A stretch of DNA of 64,000 nucleotides from Treponema sp. (GCF_017469785.1 NZ_JAFUFU010000008.1), one strand, 5' to 3'; numbered from the stretch's first letter, positions 14,663 through 23,515 are shown. Translations and numbers: made by a program. The notes: generated from the letters alone by a model not told the origin.

Positions 14663-16606
14663 ATGGCAGATTTATTTGACATTGAGCAATCGGCCCGTAT
14701 CAGCGAGCTTTCGACTTTAATCAAAAAATATCAGGACTCATATTACAACGGCGAGGGCGAAATCTCTGACGCCGAATTTGACAGGCTCTGGGATGAGCTG
14801 AAATCCCTTGACCCCGGGAATCCTCTTCTCCAGCGGGTGGGAGCCGACAGCGGAAACTTTGCAAAAATCCGCCACATCATGCCTATGGGAAGCCAGGAAA
14901 AGGCGGCCAATCCCGAACAATTTTTGGCATGGGCAAAAAATCACGCTTACGATGAATATCTGGTTGAGTACAAACTGGACGGAGCATCTTTGGAACTTCA
15001 ATATGTTCACGGCGAGCTTATGAGGGCTGTTACCCGCGGCGACGGAACGATTGGAGACGACATCACGGCCAACGCAAAAAAAATGCAGGGCGTTCAGGCG
15101 GCTCTCTTTGATTGTGAACACAAAAAAATCGATTTTACGGGCGGAATCCGAGGCGAAGTTATTATGAGCCACACCGTCCACGAAAAATTCTATTCCGACA
15201 AGGCAAACTGCCGTAATGCCGCCAACGGTCTCATGAAGCGAAAAGACGGAAGCGGAAGCGAAAATCTCCTTCTTATGACTTATGATGCCCTTGCCACGGA
15301 AGGGGAAAGTCCTTTTTCAGACGAAGAGGGAAAAATCAGCTGGCTTAAAAGCATGGGCTTTAAGACTTCTCCATTAAAAATCTGCAAAAGCGCGGAAGAT
15401 GTAATTTCTTACCGGGCAGAAGTAATGGAAGAGCGAAAAAGCCTTGACTACGATATCGACGGCCTTGTCATAAAAGAGCGGAGGATTGACCTTGCGGACG
15501 CAAGCCGCGCCCGCCCTGACCGGCAGATTGCATTTAAATTTTCCCTTGAAGAGGCAGTCTCTGTCTTGCGAGAGGTTGAGTGGAGCGAGTCGGGCGCGAC
15601 CTACACCCCGGTGGCAATTTTTGACGAAGTTCAGCTAAACGGAACCACTGTTCAGCGCGCTTCCCTTGCAAATCCCGACACCATGCGCTCTCTGGGAGTC
15701 AAAATCGGAAGCAGGGTTGTGGTCGTAAAGAGGGGAGAAATCATTCCAAAAATCGAAAGCGTTTTGCCTGAGGAAGAAGGGCAGAAAACAAGCGCTATTA
15801 TTTTCCCCAGTACCTGCGCTGTCTGCGGAACCGCACTTCGGGACGAGGGCAGCCGGCTTTTCTGCCCAAATAAATCCTGCGAGAAGAGAGTGCTGCACCA
15901 GCTTCAAAAATGGGTGGGCGTGGTAGACATCCGCGACTTTGGAGATACCCTTTTGCGCTCCCTTTTTAAAAATAAGGAAGTCACTTCAATTTCCGACATT
16001 TACTCCCTTACGACAGAAAGCCTTGTCCCTTATTTTTTAAACGAAGAGTCAATAGAAAGCCAGAAAGATTCCCTTGGCGCAAAAAAAGTTTACGAAAGCA
16101 TTCAGAATCACAGACGCATGTCACTTGCTGTCTTTATCGCGGGCTTTGACATCGAGGGAATGGGCGAAACCATGGTACAAAAACTCATTGACGCGGGCTT
16201 TACTACGCTGGAAAAACTCCTTTCTGCCAGCGAAGAAGAAATTGCCGCCGTCTATGGCTTTGCCGAAATCACAGCCAAAATCTTCGTGGAAGGTCTGGCT
16301 GAAAACGCCGAGGAAATGCGCTCCCTCGTGGCCAATGGCATTATTCAAATCGAGGAAATCGGTGGCGGAGCCCTGAGCGGAAAATCATTCTGCTTTACGG
16401 GCGAGCTTCGCACGATGAAAAGGGCTGACGCTGAGGCTATGGTCAAAAAAGCGGGAGGCAGCTGCAAATCCTCCGTTACAAAAGACCTGAGCTACTTGGT
16501 TACCAACGACACGGAAAGCGGCTCCAGCAAGAATGTTAAAGCCGCCAAATTCGGAATTCCTATTATCAATGAAGAGGAATTCCTTCGCTTAGTGAACGGA
16601 ATTTAA
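14663..16606 (+). CDS. ligA: NAD-dependent DNA ligase
   Basis: The adenylation motif EYKLDG, the Zn finger CAVCGTAL...CPNKSC, HhH repeats and a C-terminal BRCT (GKSFCFTGEL). Confidence 0.95.
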   Translation: MADLFDIEQSARISELSTLIKKYQDSYYNGEGEISDAEFDRLWDELKSLDPGNPLLQRVGADSGNFAKIRHIMPMGSQEKAANPEQFLAWAKNHAYDEYLVEYKLDGASLELQYVHGELMRAVTRGDGTIGDDITANAKKMQGVQAALFDCEHKKIDFTGGIRGEVIMSHTVHEKFYSDKANCRNAANGLMKRKDGSGSENLLLMTYDALATEGESPFSDEEGKISWLKSMGFKTSPLKICKSAEDVISYRAEVMEERKSLDYDIDGLVIKERRIDLADASRARPDRQIAFKFSLEEAVSVLREVEWSESGATYTPVAIFDEVQLNGTTVQRASLANPDTMRSLGVKIGSRVVVVKRGEIIPKIESVLPEEEGQKTSAIIFPSTCAVCGTALRDEGSRLFCPNKSCEKRVLHQLQKWVGVVDIRDFGDTLLRSLFKNKEVTSISDIYSLTTESLVPYFLNEESIESQKDSLGAKKVYESIQNHRRMSLAVFIAGFDIEGMGETMVQKLIDAGFTTLEKLLSASEEEIAAVYGFAEITAKIFVEGLAENAEEMRSLVANGIIQIEEIGGGALSGKSFCFTGELRTMKRADAEAMVKKAGGSCKSSVTKDLSYLVTNDTESGSSKNVKAAKFGIPIINEEEFLRLVNGI

Positions 16607-17622
16607 TTTTTCTTTTTGCCTGCCTCTTCTTTAAAGGCAAAATCACTTACGAAAAAGTCCGGGCTTACGGCTTCCATGTTTAATCTCATTTCCCAGTGCA
16701 GGTGAGGACCTGTGGCAAGCCCCGTCGCCCCTGAAAGCCCGATAAGTTCCCCTTGATTTACCATCTGCCCGACTTCGACTTTAAGCTCGCTCATGTGATA
16801 GTAAAGGGAATAAAGGCCGGGAAGATGCTCAATGCAGATGCTCCATCCTGTGGAAATTCTGTCTTCTGCCATAACGACCTTTCCGCCGGCGCAGGCACGG
16901 ACTTCGCTTCCCGTGGGAACTCCGTAGTCGATTCCGTAGTGAAGGCTTGTGGAAGATTTTCCGTTGTTGTATGCGTAAACACGGCGGTCCCCGAAGAAGG
17001 ATGTTCGCCGTGTAGCTGGATTCGGCGGATTGAAAGCGGCGTCAAAATATATTGCGTCTGCGTTTTTTGTGTCCAGAATCTTGTTGAGTCGGTTGATTTG
17101 ATCCATGCGCTCAGAAGAGACATTTGTTTTGATTGCCGTGTTTGAAGCGTTGAGGGGAATGGTCTCCGAGACGAATTCTTTTTCGATGATTTTTACAGGA
17201 AGGGATATTTTGTTTTCTTCCCCGAAGACCGAAAATGCGACTTCAGCGGAATAGTCGCCGGTTTTTGCGTATGTTGAAAGCGGCGCGCCTGAAAGCAGCA
17301 CCGAGCGAAGAAGTTTTTTTGTCTTGTTTTCTTCTATTTTGTAAAAAAGTGATTTTGAAGTCGCCTTTTCGTTAAGATTTCCGTCCTCTTTTACGCGGAA
17401 AATTTCAAGTCGGCCGGATTCTTTTGAGTCAGCGGGAAGAGATTTGATGAATTTTTTGTTTTTTGACTCAAAGCAAAGACGCACGAAGAGAGCATCCCCC
17501 GGCTGGACGCTTTCCGGATAGTAGGCCGTGAGCGTGTAATTCTTATAATCAAATGATTTTGAAAGGGAAAAAGCAGAGAACGCAAAAAGCGCGAGAAATA
17601 TAGAAAGAATATTTTTTTTCAT
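16603..17622 (-). CDS. M23-family metallopeptidase (secreted)
   Basis: HYGIDYGVPTGSEV and GPHLHWEM motifs. The start is moved to the ATG at 17622 (MKKNILSIFLALFAFSAFS signal peptide), because the longer ORF runs through an intergenic repeat. Confidence 0.85.
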   Translation of the reverse strand: MKKNILSIFLALFAFSAFSLSKSFDYKNYTLTAYYPESVQPGDALFVRLCFESKNKKFIKSLPADSKESGRLEIFRVKEDGNLNEKATSKSLFYKIEENKTKKLLRSVLLSGAPLSTYAKTGDYSAEVAFSVFGEENKISLPVKIIEKEFVSETIPLNASNTAIKTNVSSERMDQINRLNKILDTKNADAIYFDAAFNPPNPATRRTSFFGDRRVYAYNNGKSSTSLHYGIDYGVPTGSEVRACAGGKVVMAEDRISTGWSICIEHLPGLYSLYYHMSELKVEVGQMVNQGELIGLSGATGLATGPHLHWEMRLNMEAVSPDFFVSDFAFKEEAGKKKN

Positions 17623-17640
17623 GAGAGAAGTATAGCACAG

Positions 17641-17735
17641 AAAATTGAAAATGGAAAATTGAAAGTTGAAAATACTCACAGAGGCACGGAGGGCACGGAT
17701 CATCATGCGCTCTGTGTACTCCAGAGCTCTGTGAC
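17641..17735. repeat. Composite intergenic repeat: a GAAAAT/TGAAAG-type purine tract plus a CACAGAG/CACGGAG-type element
   Basis: AAAATTGAAAATGGAAAATTGAAAGTTGAAAAT, then CTCACAGAGGCACGGAGGGCACGGA...CTCTGTG...CTCTGTGAC. Related copies lie at 21744-21830 and 27128-27250. Confidence 0.6.
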
Positions 17736-17744
17736 TTTTCATTA

Positions 17745-18461
17745 TCATTTTACTATCATAACGGAAAGGTATGACGCTTTTATGTCTTCTTCCGTCATGG
17801 CTGCGATTTCTTTGCCTCGGAAGATTTTTTCGTCGGGAAGGCTGGCTTTTTGAATCAGCGTGGCATTTTGAATCATGCCCAGCTCATCTAAAATCGAGAT
17901 AATTTCCTTTAAGTGGCGGCCCATTTTCATTAAGACTTTTGTGCCCTCGTCTTCTAAGGCGGATTTTAGCTTTCCTTGGGAGAAAAACGCGTCTCCCGGA
18001 ATTACGGTGAGTTTTTCATCCCTGTCGCAAAGAGAAATTTTACTGGAAGCGGCGGCGGCAGAAAATGAGTTTACCCCGGAAATGAATTTGACTTCAAAAC
18101 CCTGATTTTTGATAAGGCGGGCAGTGCGGGCGGCAGTGGAGTAGAGGGTGACATCGCCGATGGAGAGCATGGCCACAGATTTTCCTTCCTGTACGAATTT
18201 CAGGCAGTCAGAAGCGACCTTCTGGTATTCTGCATCGGATTTTTCCTTGTCGCCCGTCATGGAAAAGCGGCAGGGAATGAGCGATTTTCGGGAAAGGTCT
18301 AGTCCTGCGATTTGGGAAATTGAGTGGAGGGCGATGGTGTTTTTTTCGCTTTCCGGGAAGAAAATCGCGTCACATTCACGCAGGACTCGAATGGCCTCAA
18401 ATGTAAGCTGTTCTGGATTTCCCGCTCCGGTGCTAACGGCATAAAAGATTCCTTTTTTCAT
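17745..18461 (-). CDS. Tetrapyrrole-methylase family protein (precorrin-2 C20-methyltransferase CbiL/CobI-like)
   Basis: The N-terminus GIFYAVSTGAGNPEQLTFEAIRVLRECDAIFFP matches the G-x-G-P-G-D-P-E-L-T type motif, and the length (238 aa) fits. No other cob/cbi genes are nearby. Confidence 0.6.
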   Translation of the reverse strand: MKKGIFYAVSTGAGNPEQLTFEAIRVLRECDAIFFPESEKNTIALHSISQIAGLDLSRKSLIPCRFSMTGDKEKSDAEYQKVASDCLKFVQEGKSVAMLSIGDVTLYSTAARTARLIKNQGFEVKFISGVNSFSAAAASSKISLCDRDEKLTVIPGDAFFSQGKLKSALEDEGTKVLMKMGRHLKEIISILDELGMIQNATLIQKASLPDEKIFRGKEIAAMTEEDIKASYLSVMIVK

Positions 18462-18684
18462 AATTTATAGTAGCATATTTCCTAAATTTCTGTTACATTC
18501 TTTGACATATTTAATCAGATGTTACGGTTTTGATGACTGATGACAGACTCGCTCTTTCTTTCGGAAGTTTTTGCGTACTGTCTAACGGGTTCACGAAGGC
18601 TCCTAAGTCTACATCAGAAGTGACTCAATGAAAAATCAACATTTTTTATTCTCTCACTAAGTTCTTTTTGAACAAGGAGTTCGT

Positions 18685-19752
18685 ATGAACAAGTATGTCA
18701 AGCGTTATCTTATTGACGCTCTCAGCGGTATGGCTCAGGGACTTTTTGCTTCCCTCTTAATCGGAACAATCATCAAGACTTTGGGGCAGCAGCTCCTTCG
18801 ACTGGGAACAAATCCTGTTTTTCAGTTTTTAGTCGATGCGGGAAACTTTGCCACGGACGGTCATGTTGTCGGTGCGGCAATGGCTGTGGGTATCGGTTTT
18901 GCAATGCAGCTTCCTGCCCTGGTTCTTTTTTCACTGGTCGCGGTCGGCAGTGCGGCAAATGTGACTGGCGGGGCGGGCGGTCCTTTGGCTGTCCTCGTGA
19001 TTGCGGTTGCGGCAGCAGAGCTTGGTAACTTGGTCAGCAAAAAAACAAAGGTTGACATCATCGTCACTCCTTTGGTGACTATTCTTTCAGGTGCTCTTCT
19101 CACGGTTCTTTTTGCCCGCTATATCGGTCTTGCGGCTTCCTCAATCGGAAATATCATCGTTTGGGCCACAAAACTTCATCCTTTCGTAATGGGAATCATC
19201 ATTTCTGTTCTCGTGGGAATCGTCCTCACTCTCCCTATTTCTTCTGCGGCAATCTGTGCGGCTCTCGGCTTGGTAGGCTTGGCGGGCGGGGCTGCTGTGG
19301 CCGGCTGTTCTGCCCAAATGGTGGGCTTTGCGGTCCTTTCATTCCGCGAAAACGGTTGGGGCGGCATTCTTTCTCAGGGCTTGGGGACGAGCATGCTCCA
19401 GATGCCGAATATTATCAAAAATCCGAAAATCTGGATTCCGCCCACGCTTGCCTCTGCGATTACCGGCCCGATTGCAACCTGCCTTTTCAAAATGGAAATG
19501 AACGGCGCGGCTGTCTCTAGCGGCATGGGAACCTGCGGCCTTGTAGGCCAGATTGGAGTGATTTCAGGCTGGTTCTCACCAAGTGAGGCTGCGATCAAGC
19601 ATGGGGCGGCTGCGATTTCTCCGACAGCATTTGACTGGCTGGGCCTTGTCCTTGTATGCTTTGTTTTGCCAGGCGTTTTGAGCTGGGCATTCGGTCTCGC
19701 ACTACGGAAATTAGGCTGGATAAAAGAAAACGATTTGCTTTTAGAGGGGTAG
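18685..19752 (+). CDS. PTS EIIC-like polytopic membrane protein (PTS_EIIC_2-type), without EIIA/EIIB partners
   Basis: Gly/Ala-rich protein with ~10 TM segments. YLIDALSGMAQGLFASLLIGTIIKTLG is typical of this family. Confidence 0.55.
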   Translation: MNKYVKRYLIDALSGMAQGLFASLLIGTIIKTLGQQLLRLGTNPVFQFLVDAGNFATDGHVVGAAMAVGIGFAMQLPALVLFSLVAVGSAANVTGGAGGPLAVLVIAVAAAELGNLVSKKTKVDIIVTPLVTILSGALLTVLFARYIGLAASSIGNIIVWATKLHPFVMGIIISVLVGIVLTLPISSAAICAALGLVGLAGGAAVAGCSAQMVGFAVLSFRENGWGGILSQGLGTSMLQMPNIIKNPKIWIPPTLASAITGPIATCLFKMEMNGAAVSSGMGTCGLVGQIGVISGWFSPSEAAIKHGAAAISPTAFDWLGLVLVCFVLPGVLSWAFGLALRKLGWIKENDLLLEG

Positions 19753-19927
19753 GTTGGATGCCCATGCGCCGAAGGCGCAAACATCAATAGCTTCCAATAG
19801 GCAAACGGCGGCTTGTCCGCCGTATTAAGGAAAATGATCTCCTTTTGGAGAATTAGTCTCAATACGAGTGCGCAAAAGAATAAATATCAATAATTTTCAG
19901 TTTTTTTATAAGCCATAAATAAAAAAA

Positions 19928-19973
19928 ACAGGGGGTACTTGAAGTGAAGTGAAGTGCACCCCCTGTTTTTTTT
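19928..19973. terminator. Bidirectional intrinsic terminator
   Basis: The stem ACAGGGGGT(928-936)/ACCCCCTGT(958-966) is flanked by an A8 run upstream and a T8 run downstream. The loop carries (GAAGT)x3. Confidence 0.75.
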
Positions 19974-20040
19974 ACAGTGACCTAAGGAAACACTGATTAA
20001 TCGCATTAAGTGTTAGTCAGCACTTACCTATAGCAGATTA

Positions 20041-20331
20041 CAGTTTTTTGTAAGTTAATTCATTTCCTTTAATAGTCATTTTTAATTCTTCTTTGTCTTC
20101 TGAGAATGTTCCGCTTTGCTCCCCGAGACCTGAGACTGTAAAAGTTACAGTATTTCCTGAAATAGTGTATGTAAAATCAGACTTTTCGCTTTCAGAAATA
20201 GTTTTCCCATCTGAAGAGATTGTAAAATCTAAATCACCTTCATCAGTTTTTAATGTGAGTTTAGAGCCGGAAAGTGAATAAGCTGCAGATTGAGAATGAA
20301 GCTCGTGGAAAAGATGCTGTAAAAAAATGAT
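20041..20331 (-). pseudogene. Start-less 97-codon open frame encoding a lipocalin-like beta-rich domain (probable gene remnant)
   Basis: My own translation of the minus strand gives ...AAYSLSGSKLTLKTDEGDLDFTISSDGKTISESEKSDFTYTISGNTVTFTVSGLGEQSGTFSEDKEELKMTIKGNELTYKKL*. There is no ATG/GTG/TTG before codon ~85 and no signal peptide. Confidence 0.4.
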
Positions 20332-20366
20332 TCACAAAATTATTGAGTATGTGTTATAATTATTTT

Positions 20367-20714
20367 ATGGCAAATGATACAACTATTGCAACAACCAGCC
20401 CTATCGGGCAGCATTTGGAAAAAGTTTCAGAGGGAGCTCCTGTTGCTTACCTCATGTTCAACCAAAAAAAAATCAATCTTGTAGCCAAAATGACGCTTGG
20501 ACGCTCTGTTGAGTGTTCGATTGTTATTGACAACAAACTGGCAAGCCGGCAGCACGCTACGATTCAGAAAATCCGTGATGCGTATTTTATTAAGGATGAA
20601 AAAAGCACAAATGGTACATTCCTTAACGGGCACCGCGTACCTCCTGATAAATATGTAAAACTCAACCCTGGCGATAAAATCACTATCGGTACGACAACGC
20701 TCGTAATGTCGTAA
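20367..20714 (+). CDS. FHA-domain protein
   Basis: LGRS..C.IVIDN.LASRQHATI...STNGTFLNG. The start at ATG 20367 is preferred, because the ORF-track start at 20343 lies upstream of the TATAAT box (20355-20360). Confidence 0.85.
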   Translation: MANDTTIATTSPIGQHLEKVSEGAPVAYLMFNQKKINLVAKMTLGRSVECSIVIDNKLASRQHATIQKIRDAYFIKDEKSTNGTFLNGHRVPPDKYVKLNPGDKITIGTTTLVMS

Positions 20715-20730
20715 AATTCGGGATTAATTT

Positions 20731-21744
20731 TTGTCTCAACTCAGAAATTTGCTGCAGTCTTATCTTGATTCTCCCGAGCTTCCGTCTCATGATGCTTTAC
20801 TTTCCCTTTTGGAAGGCGGAATTGCCGTGCTCGAAGGGGAAAGCTCTGATTACCGTCCTTTGGCCACTGATAAAAATGCGGGCGGACTTTTGGATTTTAC
20901 TTCTTCGCAGTTCAATTCTCTTCCTATAATAATCGTGCCTGACTTGCATGGACGGGGCAAATTCATTCTTGATATCATGGATTTTAAGATTGGCGGGCAC
21001 TCGGTTCTGGAGCTTTTGGAATCCGGTAAAATAATTGTCCTTTGTGTTGGCGACATTTTTCACTCCGAGAACCGCGGGCGCGCAAGATGGAAGCAGGCTT
21101 ATCTGGACTTTATGAACGGAAATCTTGTGAACGAGTCTTTGACCGCTGAGATGCGCGAGAACCTTTCTCTTCTGGAGATGATTCTTTCACTCAAATCGGC
21201 TTTTGCGAGCCATTTTCACATTTTAAAGGGCAATCACGAGAATATTCTGAACGAAGATATGCGGCAAAAGCACGGAAATGTTCCTTTCTGTAAATTCTGT
21301 GATGAAGGAAATATGGTGCGGGATTTTTTGCAGCACGCCTACGACGACCTGATTCTTCACGAGATTTATTGCTTTGAGAACTCTCTTCCGATTTGTGCGG
21401 CTTTCAAAAACTGCGTGGTAAGCCATGCCGAGCCTGCCACTTTCTTTAGCCGCGAGCAGATTATAAATTATCACGCTGAGCGTTCAATCGTAACTTTCGC
21501 TCTTACTTGGACAGCCAACGACGCGGCGGATAGTGGCACGGTGGAGCATCTTTTTAATGAGCTTTTGCCTGAGCCGAGCCGTAAGAGTGCCTGGTATTTT
21601 TCCGGGCACAGGCCTGTTCTTGGAAAATACGCTTTGAGGCAGGAAGACCGTTTGGTTCAGATTCACAATCCCGAAATTGAACAGGTAGCGGTCGTGATTC
21701 CAGGACGAAAATTTAATCCTGAAACAGATATTGTGGTTGTTTGA
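20731..21744 (+). CDS. PPP-family (calcineurin-like) metallophosphoesterase, a probable Ser/Thr protein phosphatase
   Basis: PDLHG (DxHG), GDIFHSENRG (GDxxxR) and LKGNHEN (GNHE). The start codon is TTG. Confidence 0.75.
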   Translation: MSQLRNLLQSYLDSPELPSHDALLSLLEGGIAVLEGESSDYRPLATDKNAGGLLDFTSSQFNSLPIIIVPDLHGRGKFILDIMDFKIGGHSVLELLESGKIIVLCVGDIFHSENRGRARWKQAYLDFMNGNLVNESLTAEMRENLSLLEMILSLKSAFASHFHILKGNHENILNEDMRQKHGNVPFCKFCDEGNMVRDFLQHAYDDLILHEIYCFENSLPICAAFKNCVVSHAEPATFFSREQIINYHAERSIVTFALTWTANDAADSGTVEHLFNELLPEPSRKSAWYFSGHRPVLGKYALRQEDRLVQIHNPEIEQVAVVIPGRKFNPETDIVVV

Positions 21745-21830
21745 AACGGAAAGTTGAAAACGGAAAACGGAAAGTGAATTTACTTCCTCTGTAATTTTCC
21801 ACTTTCCACTTTCAGTTTTCAGTTTAAAAA
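21744..21830. repeat. Intercistronic imperfect palindromic repeat of GAAA(A/C)GGAAAG units
   Basis: GAAACGGAAAGTTGAAAACGGAAAACGGAAAGTG ... CACTTTCCACTTTCAGTTTTCAGTTT lies between the phosphatase stop and the kinase RBS. Confidence 0.6.
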
Positions 21831-21838
21831 AGGAGAAT

Positions 21839-23515
21839 ATGATGGCAGAGAACCTTCCTCAGATGATTGGTAAGTATCGCATTATGGGTCTGGTCGCTAA
21901 GGGCGGAATGGGGGCTGTTTACAAGGCCGTTCATCCGACTCTTAAGCGCATGGTCATTCTCAAAAAACTTACGATTAAAGGGAACTCCACGATTCGGGAG
22001 CGGTTCAAGCGTGAGGCTCAGATTCTTTTGGACATGCAGAGCCCGTACATCGTGCATCTTTTTGATTATTTCGTTGAAGGAAACAGCCATTATATAGTAG
22101 AAGAATTCGTTGACGGTCTTTCCCTTGCCCAGGTTATTGAAAAACAGGTGTCGCTCGGAACGGAACTGTCGCTTCTCGTGTTTTTGGATGCCTGCTACGC
22201 GCTCAAATTCGCCCATGCAAGAGGAATCGTTCATCGTGACATCAAGCCCGGAAACATTTTGATTAGCCGCCGTGCCGAAGTTAAGCTGGCTGACTTCGGA
22301 ATCGCCGCCAGCGATGACATCGAGGAAATTGCGGTCACAAAATCAGAGCGGATTGTCACGAAGGTTGCGGGCGACGTTACCCAGACAGGCGTTACTCTTG
22401 GAACTCCTGCCTACATGAGTCCTGAGCAGATTATGGACTCGCGCTCCGTGGACAACCGGGCCGACATTTATTCCATGGGCGTCATGCTCTATGAAATGCT
22501 CACAGGCTCAAAACCCTTCGCTTCCACAATCAGCGCCGAGAATCTTGAGAAAATCAAAAAGGGCAAGTACATCAATCCCCGGAAGATTGATCCCTCGATT
22601 CCCCACGGAATTTGCCGCATGATTCGCAAAATGCTCAAGGCTAATCCAGAAAAACGCTATAAGTCCATCGATTCTGTCATCAAAATCGTAAAAAAATACC
22701 TGAGGGACTACGACACCCACGCAATAAGAATTTCCCTCGCACAGATAATTCTTGCAAAGAATCAGTTCGTAATCCCTGAATTTGAAAAAAAGAGCCGGCT
22801 GGGAGTGAAAATCGCAAGCTATGCCTTTTGCGCAGTGGCTCTTTTCTGCCTCGGAATGTACGCATGGTCTTCGGGAATTGTCCATGCCTCGGTTTTAAGC
22901 CCATGGTACAAGCCTGTGACTCTGAACCTCCTGACTCCAGTCGCCGGCGTCCAGAACAACATCTACGGTCTGGATATCCCGGTAAAAGCCTACTTCTTTG
23001 ATGAGACAAAAAACGATCTCCCGGAAGTGAAGGGAAGCCAGCGGGATTTCAAGCAGAGCGAGGGAATAATCTCACGGACAAAAAGCGGAAAGACTGTGTC
23101 ACAAAACTCCAGCAAGAACATAAAATATCTTTCGATTAAGCCAGTGTACTTGAAAGACGGATCCTACCGGGTCAAAATCCTCATTGGCTCATACGTGATG
23201 TGGTCCAGCTTCCAGGTGAATGGTGAGAGCGTGAACATGAATTTCGACAACTTGCAGAGGGTAGTGCGCCCAGTTTCTGTTCAGACCCGCGCCTTCGATG
23301 CGAAAACCGGCGACATCCTCACTGCGAAGACCCGATTCACTGTCCTTTACAACGGAAAATATCTCCCCTTCGATCAGGTTCCCCAACGGGAACTTGTAAG
23401 CGGTAAAATCATGAAAATCCACGCCGAATGTGAAGGTTATAAACTAAAAGAATTCAGCATGATTATAGACTGGTATCAGGATTCTTTATTCGTGAATGCT
23501 GGATTGGAAAAATAA
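21839..23515 (+). CDS. Hanks-type Ser/Thr protein kinase with one TM segment and a ~200-aa extracytoplasmic C-domain
   Basis: GKGGMGAVYKA, VILKKL, HRDIKPGNILI, DFGIA and GTPAYMSPEQ. The TM segment is VKIASYAFCAVALFCLGMYAW. Confidence 0.9.
   Translation: MMAENLPQMIGKYRIMGLVAKGGMGAVYKAVHPTLKRMVILKKLTIKGNSTIRERFKREAQILLDMQSPYIVHLFDYFVEGNSHYIVEEFVDGLSLAQVIEKQVSLGTELSLLVFLDACYALKFAHARGIVHRDIKPGNILISRRAEVKLADFGIAASDDIEEIAVTKSERIVTKVAGDVTQTGVTLGTPAYMSPEQIMDSRSVDNRADIYSMGVMLYEMLTGSKPFASTISAENLEKIKKGKYINPRKIDPSIPHGICRMIRKMLKANPEKRYKSIDSVIKIVKKYLRDYDTHAIRISLAQIILAKNQFVIPEFEKKSRLGVKIASYAFCAVALFCLGMYAWSSGIVHASVLSPWYKPVTLNLLTPVAGVQNNIYGLDIPVKAYFFDETKNDLPEVKGSQRDFKQSEGIISRTKSGKTVSQNSSKNIKYLSIKPVYLKDGSYRVKILIGSYVMWSSFQVNGESVNMNFDNLQRVVRPVSVQTRAFDAKTGDILTAKTRFTVLYNGKYLPFDQVPQRELVSGKIMKIHAECEGYKLKEFSMIIDWYQDSLFVNAGLEK

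Noticed and set aside
18462-18684. A riboswitch (cobalamin or other) in the 223-nt region between the divergent cbiL-like and EIIC-like genes. A helix at 18538-18549 / 18606-18616 encloses about 56 nt.
   Set aside because: There is no B12 box (GCCACTG) or any other riboswitch core that I can recognise, and the promoter assignment is poor. An Rfam scan would be worthwhile, but this is not supportable by eye.
19941-19956. The (GAAGT)x3 micro-repeat, as a possible CRISPR or tandem-repeat locus.
   Set aside because: There are only three 5-nt units, inside the loop of a terminator hairpin. There is no spacer/repeat architecture.
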